Origin: Azolla caroliniana
Taxonomy: Eukaryota; Plantae; Polypodiophyta
Assembly: GCA_043228905.1 (NCBI GenBank)
Contig: JBHGNT010000017.1
Coordinates: forward strand, 17,670,001-17,734,000
Reading direction: 5' to 3'
Length of the DNA stretch: 64,000 nucleotides
The translations under genes were made by a program, and so were the position numbers. The notes below the pieces were generated by a model. It searched no databases and was not told where the DNA came from. It was given only the letters and a program-made list of their open reading frames with translations. Below are positions 38,961 through 52,335 of this stretch, piece by piece. Each line of letters starts with the position of its first letter. The stretch's first letter is position 1.

Positions 38961-39947
38961 TAGGGTTTCGTATCTTAGGGCATGTTTGATTCCATACACC
39001 TAATTGTTGATTATTCTAATTAAATTTTAATTTCATAAGTATTGTTTCACTTATATGATTTTCTAGTAATTATTATTTATCCGCCCACAATTAACTCTCC
39101 TTTTTCCACTTCCTTTTCATGTATAAAGTATTTACATCGTTTATTTTTAATGTAACCTTTACGTGTAGACTATTTTTTTCGTATGGAGTGGCTTGTTGAA
39201 CGATTTTTTTTCAACGGGTCATCTAGGTTTAACTCTTATCATCAAGCCTTAGAAAACGAGTAAAACCATATGAGTTCCCTTATTGATGTTTTACTCATGG
39301 ATTTGAGTATTACATCTTTGCGCACAACACCGTCATCACTTGTATCAATTTGTGGCTTATGTCACAATTGTGCAAGTTATAACAATCATATTGGGATGTA
39401 TATGTGCATACCTTGCACTTCCCATTTATTTGTGACATTGTTTTTTTCGTAGGTAACACATGGGTTCTTCTTCTTTTTTACCCTTGTTTTCGTCACTACT
39501 TAACTCTTATGAGTAGTGCCTTATTTTATCATTTTATCATCACGTTTGCTTATTGCTCGCAAGACTAGAATATTACTTGTGAGTGCACTTGTTTTTTCAT
39601 GTAATACACTTTCTCGACCATATAATACATGATGGGTTGGCATTAATATAAGGCTATCTAGGAAATTTCATTGATGTAAGAACCATGGTTGAGCCTCGGG
39701 GAGCCGCCATGATTACTCAAGATAGAGATCCGAGAAATACATCTTAGCTATGTTTTCCCCCATGGTTTTTAAAACACCATAGTGTTACCATAGTTATCGG
39801 ATCTCGAATCACATCTCATATGTCTAGAGGGGTAAAGACATGAGATACTTTCTTGGATAAAGTTCTTTTAATCAAAATTTCAAGCATTCATTTTGCTTGT
39901 GTATTTTCTGAACCTCCTTATTTTATTGCATACCCACAGCGTGCATC

Positions 39948-42900
39948 ATGGAACAAGTTTTGAACGCAGTTGGAACGATCTCTCCAAATGAGACCTCTCA
40001 ACCCCAATCCGCATCTCGCACACAAGCTGAGATCACTATTGAGCAATTGCTCACTACTACCTTGAATCAATTGGCCGAAATGAGACAGGCCAATATGGCA
40101 TTGGAAAAGAAATTCCAAGAATTAACTATTGAGTCCAAGAAAGAAGGTGAACCTTCCTTCGTAGTCACGCCTTTCAAGGGAGATAAGAAAGAAAGAACCG
40201 AGGAGGCCATTAGCACTTGGCTTGGTCGTTGGGAGTCTCACTTTGAGCTTCATCCCAAGCCCGATGCAGTAAAAATTGGTTATGTCGGTCGTGAGTTAGG
40301 TGGCCGAGCTGCTGCTTGGTGGCATGGCCTAAGGACCGCAAAAAACTTACCCACAACTTGGGAAGGTTTCGTTGATGTTTTTAAGAAACAATTCTTGCAG
40401 CCACCTTCTCAAACCGAACAAGCGCAACACTTGCTCACATTGTCTAGTAAGCCATTTACCTCTCTCGAGGATTATGTGCATCACGCTCGGACCTAGATCC
40501 AAAAATCGGGACTTACGGGTGAGAAATGGTTTGTCGCTTGTTTTTTGAATGGTATTCCCAATGGGGATTATCATTGGATTGTCCATGACAAGGACCCCAC
40601 AACTTTCGAGGAAGCCGTCAACATTGTGCTGCGATACCATAGGACTTCCAAGAAAGACCACAATAAACCTGAGTTCGCCAAAACTCCGAATGTCAAGTTC
40701 ATTGGGAAACGTAAGCAATCCAGTGACACTCTTGACCGCGACTCAAAGAAACCGAACCTCTTCTGTGCATATTGCAAGAAGCGGGGCCACACAAAGGATA
40801 CCTGTCGTCGTCTTGAGAGGAAGTCAATGAACACCCCTCCTCAAGACAAATCTACGAGTCACACAGGTGAGTCTTTTGATATTGTTGAAGTTCATACCAA
40901 TCACTTAAGTTTATGTGAATGCACTTTTCCTTCACATTTACTTGGACCTAATGATTTACTCCGAGCAGTCGGATATATCAATGGAACACAAGCACATTTC
41001 TTGTTTGATTCCGGTAGTTCTCACAATTTTCTTAATGATCACTTTGTGCAGCAAATGGAGCTCCACATAAACGCAAGTGATCATATCTATCAAGTTCACA
41101 TGGCAAATGGAAACGTTCAATACATCAGTGGCATTGTTTGTCAACTGCCAATTCAAATAGATACTTATTTGGAGAAGCTTGACTTTCATGTTATGAAATT
41201 ACAATCCGCAGATATCATTTTAGGATATCCTTGGTTTTTTAATAAAAACCCTTCTTTGTCCATTGATTGGGTTAATCACTCAATCACATTTGAACTTAAT
41301 AATTGTAAACATTTTATTCAATGTTCCAAACTTCCTTCTCATTCACTTGTGTCTTCTAAATCTTTAAGTGAGTATTCTAGTTCATTAATTTATTCGTGCG
41401 TAATTGATCCTGCGGTTCAATTTTATTATTTTAATATTGACGCCACACAATTACCACATTTTGAGCAACGATTACTCGACTCTATTTAGAGGATTTTCAA
41501 GATGTGTTTCCTACTGAATTACCGCTTACTTTACCACCTAAACGTAATGTGGACCATCAAATTGAACTCATCCCTGGGGCTGCTCCTGTGAGCATTCCAC
41601 CTTACCGACTTAGTCGATTAGAAGAGGATGAGATCGCTAAACAACTTAAGGAATACTTGAGTATGGGCCACATTAGGTATAGTAAATCACCTTGGGGTGC
41701 GCCAGTTCTATTAGTCAAGAAGAAGGAAGGTTTGTGGCGAATGTGTATCAATTATCGCCGTTTGAATAAAATGACAATTAAGAATGCATATCCATTACCT
41801 CGTGCCGATGATTTGATTGATCGTTTGCACGGGGCTCGATATTTTACGAAAATTGACTTACGAACTGGTTATCATTAGATTCGCATCGCCGAGGATGATA
41901 TTCCTAAAACCGCTTTTCGTACGCGCTATGGCCATTATGAGTTTTTAGTCATGCCGTTTGGGTTGACTAATGCTCCAGCCACATTCCAACAAGCGATGAA
42001 TGATGTTTTCCGAGATCAACTCGGTGATTTTGTTGTCGTCTTCTTGGATGATATTTTGATATATAGCCGTACCTTGCAAGATCATGTTCAACATGTTCGA
42101 TTTGTTTTGCGAAAGTTGCATGACAACTCTTTCTATGCAAAACATTCAAAATGTGACTTCTTCCAAAAATCTATTGTGTACCTAGGTCATTTAATTACAG
42201 AAAATGGCGTTGAAATTGAACCTTCTCGTATTGAAAAGGTTAAACTTTGGCCCATTCCTCGTAATATTCGTGAACTTAGATCATTCTTAGGGTTTGTTGG
42301 ATTTTTACGAAAATCAATTCGTAGCTATTCCAAATTGACTACGCCATTAACTGACCTTTTAAAAGGTCATCCACGTAAGTCTGTCAAACCAATTTCATGG
42401 AATGAACAACTTGACAAATCATTTGAGACACTCAAGGAGCATGTGTGTCAGGCTCCCACTCTTCTATTACCAGACCCTTCTAAGCCTTTCTCAATTGAAA
42501 CCGATGCTAGTGATTATGCTATTGGTGCCGTTCTTTATCAAGGTGGTCACCCTATTGCTTTTGAAAGTAAGAAGCTTGATGCTGCTCAATCTCGGTATTC
42601 GGTTCAAGAGAAAGAGTTGTTTGCGGTGATACACGCACTTAAAACATGGAGGCACTATCTCTATGGAAATAAATTTGTGGTTACAACAGACCATCAATCA
42701 TTAAAGTATTTTTGTGACCAGCCCGATCTTGTTGGTCGTAAAGGCCGTTGGGCTGACCTTATGCAAGATTTTGATTTTTCCATAAGATATCACAAGGGTT
42801 CTATGAACACCGTTGCTGATGCTCTTAGTCGCATTAAAGAAGTTAACATGCTTAGCTTCACGGAAATAAAATCTGATCTTTTAGATCACCTTCGAGGGAA

Positions 42901-44350
42901 ATACCTTGATGATAGTTATTTCTCAAAATACTGGACGAAAGCCGAATCTGGTTTAGATGCCGATACTAGCACCCTACCCTCGAAGGCGACCTTTCACATT
43001 ACAAACGGTTTGCTCTACCGTAGTGGAAAGGTCTGTGTTCCAGATTTACCAAATGTTAAACAGAAAATTTTTCATGAATGTCATGATGCACCATCTGCTG
43101 GTCATCCTGGAATACAACGCACACTCGTTCTCATCTCGTGTACTTTTTTCTGGCCTAAGATGCGCTCTGACGTGCATAAATACGTAACTCAATGCTTACA
43201 ATGTCAGATTAATAAGTCAGAACGACTTAAAGCTGCTGGTCTTTTACATCCCTTAGATATTCCCAACAATAAATGGGAAAGTATCTCGATGGATTTTATT
43301 GTTAGTTTACCTCGTACACAGAGGGGTCATGATGCCATATGGGTTGTCGTTGACAGGCTAACAAAATTAGCTAGATTTATTCCTACAAAAACCACGGTAA
43401 CCGCTCAACAGTTGGCTTATCAATTTGTTGATGAGTTATTTCGTTTTTATGGATTACCGATGGATATTGTTAGTGATCGAGATTCCAAGTTTACTAGTGA
43501 CTTTTGGACTCAGGTCTTTAAGAAACTAGAAACTACGTTGAGCATGAGTTCCACAGATCATCCTCAGTCTGATGGACAAACTGAACGAGTTAATCAAATT
43601 ATTGAGGACATGCTTCGAGCTTATGTAGCAAAAACCCCTTCTAAGTGGGAGCAATACCTTCCTATCGTAGAATTTGCCTATAATAGCTCTAAACATACAT
43701 CCACTGGATATAGTCCTTTTATGTTGATGTATGGTTTTCAGCCACGTGCCCCAGTTGATGTCACGATTCATCGTGATACATTAGACAGTACACGCAATTT
43801 TTTGCAAGACATGAACCAAATGTTGCATATTGCCAAAGAAAATGTCAAGACAGCTCAAGATCGTGCTCGATTTTATGCTGATCAGGATAGACGTCCTCGT
43901 GCATTTACTATTGGTCAAAAAGTTTTTTTGCGTGTCCCGACTGATTCTACGTCATTATCTACGAGCAAGTGCGCTAAGTTAGCCCCACGATATTGTGGCC
44001 CATTTGAAATCCTTAAGCGAGTTGGGTCATCTGCTTATCACCTTGCCTTACCTCGTAACGTTGGTATTCATCCTGTTTTTCACGTCAGTCGTCTAAAACC
44101 ATTTTTAGGCTCTGGTGATAACACCATCACAATCCAAGATCTTGTAACACTAGAGGATTTTTCTTACAAACCTCATGTTCCTGAACGAATTCTTGATTCT
44201 CGTACTAAACGTTTACGTTCTAAAGAGATTCAGCTATTCAAGATCAAATGGATGGATAAACCTATTGATGATGCCACATGGGAACGCGAGCATTCGCTTA
44301 AGGCACAATTTCCTCACTTTATATTGCAAGAGTGCAATCTTTTGAAGTAG
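39948..44350 (+). pseudogene. gag-pol polyprotein of chromovirus B (Gag, zinc knuckle, PR, RT, RNaseH, INT, chromodomain); two in-frame stops and one frameshift
   Basis: CAYCKKRGH, LFDSGSSHNF, MPFGLTNAP, FLDDIL, TDASDYAIG, SDRDSKF, YCGPF, IKWMDKPIDDATWE; TAG at 40494 and 41876, frameshift near 41485. Confidence 0.93.
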
Positions 44351-45141
44351 GGGAGTATGTTATGTACACATAATGTTGGTGAGGGTAGGTCACTAATATT
44401 TACATTAGTGAAGGGTATGTTCACTATTATTAAAAAGGGGACTAATGATTGGATAGAATGAATGATATGTGCATGCACTATCATGATTTAGACAACCAAT
44501 GAATAGAGAGCCTTTTAGAAAGGCACATCTATTCAAGGGTCCTAGGAAAAGGTATAAATATGAGGCTTAGCTACCCTCATAGAAATCATGACGTCGGAAG
44601 GCTGCTGTCGTAGACACCGGTGGTGTGGGCTAGGCTTTCGTCTCGACGATCGTGTTTATCTCTTCCAAGGTATTAGTCATCCTAATATCCGGGGGTATGG
44701 GACGTCGGTGGTAGGTTGGCTATGTCTAGATCATAGCTCGGGGGTGGTCGGGTGGAACGGGTTCTTCTATCCAATCTATTTTCTTCCTTTTTACTTGATT
44801 TGGTCTATTGATTAGTAATAGACTCTTAACATTGTGTCTCTAAGAGTGAGAGGGATGCATACCCTCTGGTTAGCCTATCTTTGGTTGCCTGGGTCATCAA
44901 GAATTTACATAAACGAGCACTAAAAGTGACCCCCAAATATACATATGATCGGACTACCTCAATTGGTTTATGAGAGAGGATTAGGTGACATTTACTCCTA
45001 ACTCGAGACGATGTATGAAAAATAAGAACATTAGTTTTTGATAGATTCACTACCAGGTCTCGTTGTGTGTATAAGTCATCTAGGGCATTAAGATGCTTTG
45101 GTAGGTCGTGTTCAGACTCCGAGAGCAAGAAGATGTCATCT

Positions 45142-46773
45142 GCCATATGGATGATGTCGTCACATCTTTGCTCGAAAACAAGCATCACAAGTCCGAACGT
45201 AGTCGTCGACAAAACATCGCATATGGGGCCACGAAAAAGATCGTTGAACTAGATCCAACGTCTTAGTACTACCAAAATTTTGGACAATTTGAGGGCGATA
45301 GGAGCAATCGGGAACATATACGAGCTTTTTAAAGAATAACAAACCATCATGATATTCGAATTGTCGGTAGTCCATACCTGGTTGTTGAGACTGGGAATAG
45401 GATGCCCGAGAGGTATCAATTTGCGCTAGAATGGCTTGAGCAAAACTGTCTGTCTTCAAGTTGGCATGTATAGCATCGATAATCTGGGAATCTAGTGGAG
45501 TGTGAAAAATCCGTGTTGTGTGCAAACATGTTGGTCCCAAGATTACCTGCTTTTGATTATCAAATGTTGGATCACCAAGACGAGGTACAAGATATGAACG
45601 TCACGATAGTGCATCTGCTTTGCCTTGCTGCTTCCCTCGCCGATATGTGATTTTGAAGTCAAAATGTGTGAGGAATTGGGCCCTCCGAGCTTGCCGTCGA
45701 TTTAGTACACGAGATTTCTGGAAATAAGCAAGATTTTTATGATCACCGAAGACGATGACCTGATGTGGAGAGCCCTCTAAGAAGTGCCGTCATTGCACAA
45801 ATGAATCTAGGATGGCTAATAACTCCTTGTCATGTATCTCGTAGTTGATTTCTACGGCATCAACTTTGCGCGAATGGAAAGCCACAAGATGTAACTTTTC
45901 TTTATCTCCTTGTTGTGAAAGGATGCTACTGAGGGCGAAATCCGATATGTCGGCCTCCATGATGAAGGGTTTGTTTGTATCCACATGAGCTAGAATTGGA
46001 ACTAATGTAAAGGCTTTCTTAAGATGCATAAAAGCTATGTCCGCTTCGTTGGACCAAAGAAATGCATGTCCCTTCTTGGTAAGTTGTGTGAGAGGCAAAA
46101 TAATCTTCGAGTAATCTTGTATAAACTTGCGGTAGAAGTTAGCAAAACGTAGGAAACATTGTACATCTTGTAACAAACGTGGAGTTTGCCACTCTAACAC
46201 AGTTTTGACTTTAGATGGATCCATGGAGATACCCTTTGAGAAGATGACGTAGCCTAGAAATTCCACTTGCTTGTAGTCAAAGCTACATTTTTCCAGTTTG
46301 GCATAAAGACCATTCTCTCAGAGTCGTTTTAGTACTAATAGTACATGAGAATCATGCTCTTCCTAGGTCTTTGAATAAATCAATAGATCATTCAGATAGA
46401 TGATCAAACAGATATCCAAGAGGTCTCTGAATATATCATTTGCCATGTGCTGAAAGATTGCGGGTGGATCGGTTAGACCGAATGGCATACCGGTATACTC
46501 AAAGTGCCCATATCGGGTGCGAAAAACGGTCTTCCATTCGTCTCCCAGTCGGATCCGCATGAGGTTATACGCTCCTCGTAGGTCGATTTTTGTAAAAAAC
46601 TTGGCACCATTTACTCGCTCTAAAAGACTTGATATAAGGGTAAGTGCATACCTATTCCTAATGGTGACCTTATTCAAGCCGTGGTAGTCAACGACGAGAC
46701 GAAGTGATCCATCTTTCTTCTTGACAAAGAAAATGGGTGCACCGGCCGGAGATTTCGAGTGACAAATAAACCC
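45142..46773 (-). mobile_element. Internal fragment (RT-RNaseH-INT N-terminus) of the Tcn1-like Gypsy, no LTRs
   Basis: [49 protein letters not shown]; homologous to 234-1100; both ends are abrupt junctions. Confidence 0.88.
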
Positions 46774-47245
46774 GCATATCGATACTACAAAGAAGTATGT
46801 TGCACAACAAGAGACCTGATGGTGAAAATGTGTTTCATTGATTAAAAAAAAACCATTAATAATTGTGTTGATGGTAATTGAACCTTGCAAATGGGTGGAA
46901 GCATGAGAGTGGAAACAATTAGCTATGTCCTTGACATAGCTAATTAGCTATGCAAAAAGGTACCATTGATAAATAGTCATTTTAGTAAAAAGCCATCATT
47001 AATAAATTAACTATGCAAAAAACTACCATTGAAAATACTAGAGTGTTTTAATTACATATGTAAATGAGTGCCATAAATGTGCAACATAAATTGATATGTG
47101 CACCATAAATGTGTACCATAAATTATATATCAAATTCCTAGGTCCATTATGCATGATCCTTTGCCACATCACGTAGGCCATCTCTAGTTGAGTATTGTGG
47201 GTTAGTTGCTACCACTGTTGCTAAACCCTATCGAGTCCACCTGCC

Positions 47246-48100
47246 GCCACTCTACACTCAGGGGCCGCTACTGTGCGTTCCAAGCATCATCAAAGAGTTG
47301 TTCAATTTGATGGGGTTCTCTTCTCTGTGCCACTCTACACTCAGGGGCCGCTACTATGCGTTCCAAGCATCATCGGTAACTGTTCAATCTGACGGGGTTC
47401 TCTTCTCTGTGCCACTCTACACTCAAGGGCCGCTACTATGCGTTCCAAGCATCATCGGTAACTGTTCAATCTGACGGGGTTCTCTTCCCTGTGCCACTCT
47501 ACACTCAGGGGCCGCTACTGTGCGTTCCAAGCATCATCGGTAACTGTTCAATCTGACGGGGTTCTCTTCCCTGTGCCACTCTACACTCAGGGGCCGCTAC
47601 TGTGCGTTCCAAGCATCATCGGTAACTGTTCAATCTGACGGGGTTCTCTTCCCTGTGCCACTCTACACTCAGGGGCCGCTACTGTGCGTTCCAAGCATCA
47701 TCAGTAACTGTTCAATCTGACGGGGTTCTCTTCCCTGTGCCACTCTACACTCAGGGGCCGCTACTGTGCGTTCCAAGCATCATCGGTAACTGTTCAATCT
47801 GATGGGGTTCCATTCTCTGTGCCACTCTACACTCAGGGGCCGCTACTTTGTGTTCCAAGCATCATCAGTAACTATTCAATCTGACGGGGTTCTCTTCTCT
47901 GTGCCACTCTACACTCAGGGGCCGCTACTATGCGTTCCAAGCATCATCAGTATCTGTTCAATCTGACGCGGTTCTCTTCTCTGTGCTACTCTACACTCAA
48001 GGGCCGCTACTATGCGTTCCAAGCATCATCGGTAACAGTTCAATCTGACGGTGTTCTCTTCTCTGTGCCACTCTACACTCAGGGGCCCCTACTGTGAAGG
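47246..48100. repeat. 82-bp tandem array (10 full units, degenerate copies to ~48400) upstream of the transposase
   Basis: gccactctacactc at 47246, 47329, 47411, 47493, 47575, 47657, 47739, 47821, 47903, 47985 (gctact variant) and 48067. Confidence 0.97.
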
Positions 48101-48558
48101 TCATGTATTGCTGCCACTTTTCGACCCGACGACGTTAACAACTCCACTGCCGCCATTCTACTCTCAGGTGCCTTCTCTGTGCGTTTCAAGCATCATCAGT
48201 AACTGTTCAATCTGACGGGGTTCTCTCCTCCATTGCCATCATTCTACACTCAGTTGCCGCTACTGTCCAGTCCTGGATTGCTTCCACATTTCGATTTGAC
48301 GGAGTTCACTCATCCAACGACAACATTCTACACTCAGTTGTCGCCATTGGTCGGTCCTGGATCACCTCCTCAACTGTTCGATCCAACGGAGTGAACTCCT
48401 CTACTGTTCGGTCTTGGATTGCAATAACTTTTCTGTCTATTGATTATCTTGTGTATTGTTGTGTCTAATCTTGTGTATTGTGGAATATTTTTGTGTATTG
48501 TTGTTGCCTATAGCCATCTTAAATACTTGTTTTTTTTCTGGAAATTTAGGGTTTTAAT

Positions 48559-51500
48559 ATGTCCAGCCAAATGGAAGGGGAAGAAGGGTGTTTAGAATTA
48601 CCCCTCAATGATCATAAAGATAGGGATGATGCTATCAGGACACAACAAGCCATACGAAACTATTGGGCAGAAAAAAAAAGGAAACATCGTCAATTGTTGA
48701 AGGATACGAAAGCCACACTCAGTAAAGGTAAGGATAGTTTAGCTGAGAATGTAAGTAATGCGACTACCATCATAGAGAGAAAGGTTGTAGACTATTTCAA
48801 TGTTCAAACCAAGCACATCAGCAATGAAGAAAAGAAGGTAGTACTTTATGGAATATGTAATGATCCATCGATAAAGGACTTAGTTGATTGTGATGGTCTT
48901 AATGCAAACATATCATCTATTTTAGTAAATAATCTTCGTAATAGTTTCGTATCCATGAGCAGGTCAGAAGATGATCTTGTCTTAAAAAGGTCTAGTCTAA
49001 TGATGTTACTTAATAGTGATGTTGACGATATAAACATCAGTGAGCTATCTAAGGTAATTGGTTTTAGTAGAAAAACAGTGTACAATACAATGAACCGTAT
49101 AATTTCCTCGGGTGAAGGAACTAGTCTACTAAAGCTAACTACAAGATGTAAGCCAATGACACCCATAACATTTGAAATCAAGGATGTAATCACAATGTTT
49201 TGGACTAATGAGAGTAGGGTTTCACCCAATAAAAAGGATTTATGTAGGAAACATGTTGGAAGAAATCAATACGAGGAGCATCCCATTCATCTTCTTGGTG
49301 TACCTCAGGTATTTACATTTATCTCAACATTTGTTTTGACTCTACACGGAAAGTTAATTAGCTCAGTTAGCAGAAAAGCTACTTAGCTTATCAGTTACAT
49401 TTACCTCAGTTAGCCACTAGGATAACTACTACATAGGTAACTGGCTACTCTCAATAGCTACTACCATAAAAGCTAATTAGCTATTCTCAATAGCTAATTT
49501 AGTTACTACCAGATAATTAGCTACCAAAATAGCTAACTAGCTACCATGATAGCTAATTAGCTATTCTCAATAGCTAATTTAGTTATTACTAGATAATTAG
49601 CTACCATAATAGCTAATTAGCTTTTAGGATAGCTAATTAGCTATTAGAATAGGGTTTTAGCTACCATTCTAGTAGCTATTTAGCTACCATGATAGCTAAA
49701 TAGCTACTAGAATAGCTAATTAGAATAGGTAATTACCTAATTAGCTATTAGAATAGGTAATTAGCTACCATGATAGCTAATTAGCTACTATAGTTATTAC
49801 CAGCTAATTAGCTACTAGGAAAGCTAATTAGCTACCATGATAGCTAATTAGGTACTAGGAAAACTACTATGATACCATGATAGGTAATTAGTTACTAGAA
49901 CAACTAATTAGCTACTAGGACAGCTAATTAGCTACTAGACCAGCTAATTAGCTATCCTATAGCTACCATGATAGCTAATTAGCTACTAGGACAACTAATT
50001 AACTACCATGATAGCTAATTAGCTAGTAGACCAGCTAATAAGCTACTAGAACAGCTAATAAGCTACTAGAACAGCTAATAAGCTACTAGAACAGCTAATT
50101 AGCTACTCGAATAGCTAATTAGCTACTAGGATAGTTAGCTAGTTACGAGAATAACTAATTCCCCTTTATTACGCAGGTTAATTTATTTATTAGGTTCAAA
50201 CGAATGCATCCAAATATCAAAGTTCAACTACGAACATTCGAGTCTCTTAAGCCACACTTTGTGAGACGCTTAAAGGATTGATACACATGTTGTTGCATTT
50301 ACCATGTACAGATGGGTTTTCTGAAGGACTCTGTTAATCTACTACGTCACCATAGCGCATCCCTAACTAATACAGTTTGCACATGTGGGTGCCCAATCTG
50401 TCGATCAAGCCCGCAAGAGGAGTGTAAATCATCTGAGCACGTTATCTCTTCCATGAGTTATTTATTAGATTCAATATTGTGTCCGAGAGAAATTGACGCT
50501 ATCTTCCATAGCCATAAATGTGTCATGGGTTTATGTCAAGATTGTGGCCCTACTAGATTTAGGTGGTGTCCAAATAAATTGGGTAGTGAAATATTGATCT
50601 CTGTGAAGTTATTTGAGTCAGTGAACACCAATTTCGAAGGAAAGGTGTGTAAAAGAAAGGATCTAGTTCGGAAGATGCTTAAACCAAGGGAAAGTTCATT
50701 AAACACAACTTCATTTATTCATGGCAGGCCCATCAGTTTAAGACTTGCATATCTGATTTCCCAAATGATGTAGTAGTTTCAGTAGTAGATTTCGCAGAGA
50801 ATTATACTTTCAAGCAGTAGAATGAAATTCAATCTATGCATTGGTGTTCAGTTCTGGTAACCATTTTTGTGCACATAACATATTTTCGAGTTTCAGGTGA
50901 TGTTAAAAAAGTAATTCATTTCTTTATTTCTGATGATAAGAAGCATGATACCTTGTTCATCCAACACTGTTTTAAGTTACATTGGCAGTGGTTATTAGCT
51001 CAATGTTTGGAGCTTACTCAACATTGGGTCTAGTTTGACGGAGTTGCGTCACAATTCAAGGCTCGACGTCCATTTTATTTTGTGGGGAGGTATCCTGCTA
51101 TAATAGGTTTGGAGATAAGATGGAATTTTTTTGGGTCTGGCCATGGTAAAGGTGAACATGATGGTGTAGGGGCTGTTATAAAGTGGGCACTTACCCATGA
51201 ACAACTAAAGACAGATGGTGTGCACATGAATTGTGCATCACATGTAGTTGAATTTTTAAGAACAAATATGTCAATGAGTGCAACAGGTGTTTATTCCTGG
51301 CAAGTCCGAGATATCAAACGTGAATTTTGGGAAGTGAAGATAGATGAAGTAAATAGGGAGAAGACCTAGGAGTGCCAAGGAATTCCCGAATTGCGATCTT
51401 TGCATGTTGTTCGCGGTTATTCCAGGTTGGATGGTCATTGTATTGCGGTTAGAGAATTGACTTGTTTTTGCTTCCATTGTGTGCAGGGAAATTGGAGATA

Positions 51501-51987
51501 TTGTCTAAACAAAGCATACATTCAGAATTGGGAGTATCGCACTCTGAATGATAAGGAAGTAGTTGATGGAGAAACATGGCAGAATGCTGACTTCACATAT
51601 GAGGGACTTGGAGATACTTTGAGTGATGTCCTGAACGTTGGGGATAACTTCGCTATAAATGTTGAAGAAGGCAATTCAGAGGGTGCTGATTTTTATATAT
51701 TGAAGTGCACGGTTAGTAAACAGTGTGCAAGGCTGAATATTGTAGATGCATGGGAAAATTTTGTATCTGCCGGGACATTCTACATCGAAGGCATTTTTTA
51801 TGCAAAACTAGATGACTACGAATATGTGTATAGGCTGTTAGAAGACAAACCAATGGCGTACATGTACTCTCATTTGGTCAGGTGCATCAATGTCCCAATG
51901 TCAGAATACAATAGCTGCTCAGGTTTATACACTGTTGGTGCTAATGTGTATGAATGTATTTACAATAGTATGCCATGGAATTTGTAG
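48559..51987 (+). pseudogene. Spliced DDD transposase pseudogene, Sola2-like (exon 1 48559-49308, intron 49309-50176, exon 2 50177-51987)
   Basis: Phase-0 CAG|GT...gcAG splice joins the frames; F..LKP.FV..TCCCIYH, Cys clusters, VVDFAENY (~50788), FISDDKKHD, V*FDGVASQFK, WNFFGSGHGKGEHDGVGAVIK; several stops and a frameshift near 50690. Confidence 0.75.
49370..50160. repeat. Intronic array of the palindrome TAGCTAATTAGCTA with short spacers
   Basis: Dozens of motif copies, with a local 20-bp period near 50030-50100. Confidence 0.95.
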
Positions 51988-52335
51988 CTACAAGTAGCAA
52001 TTACCATGTTCTCTTGTAAAACAAACATGTATTTCGCGAAAACAGTTAAATAAATTCGTTTGAGAATCAATTTCTTGTATATAGTCTGCTTTCTGTGCTT
52101 CTTTCTCAATAAAATCATGTCTTTTTTGTTAAGTTTTAAGTTATAAGTTATAGCGAAATAGTCATCAGTAGCTAATTAGCTGTACAAATGTAGCTAATTA
52201 GCTGTCAATAGCTAAATAGTCATCAATAGCATGAAATCAACAATCTGCAACATATTCCTCAAATTACACAGTAGATAACTACAGTGGGAACAAGTAATTA
52301 AATTCTTCATTGAATAATGTCATCTCTTTACATAT

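Larger units (their letters stand above)
37551..44831 (+). mobile_element. Full-length Ty3/Gypsy chromovirus family B; TSD TTGTG
   Basis: LTRs 37551-38024 and 44358-44831 (474 bp, ~5 substitutions by eye); PBS 38026-38037; PPT aggggagta; TSD 37546-37550 and 44832-44836. Confidence 0.96.
32031..45141 (-). mobile_element. Degraded LINE copy (pieces 32031-32891, 36947-37550, 44832-45141) interrupted by a Copia and a Gypsy
   Basis: The pieces join colinearly with ORF2 15956-17530 once the two LTR elements and one copy of each TSD are removed. Confidence 0.85.

Noticed and set aside
41480-41510. Programmed frameshift between protease and RT
   Set aside because: The related family A ORF (61663-62688) reads through this region in one frame; a single-base loss is simpler
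46774-47240. Left TIR of the Sola-like element
   Set aside because: No inverted match to the 56700-56830 end was found; the left end appears truncated at the Gypsy junction
47246-48100. CRISPR-like array (also considered for 38465-38960)
   Set aside because: Units are contiguous near-identical repeats with no unique spacers, there are no cas genes, and the context is eukaryotic
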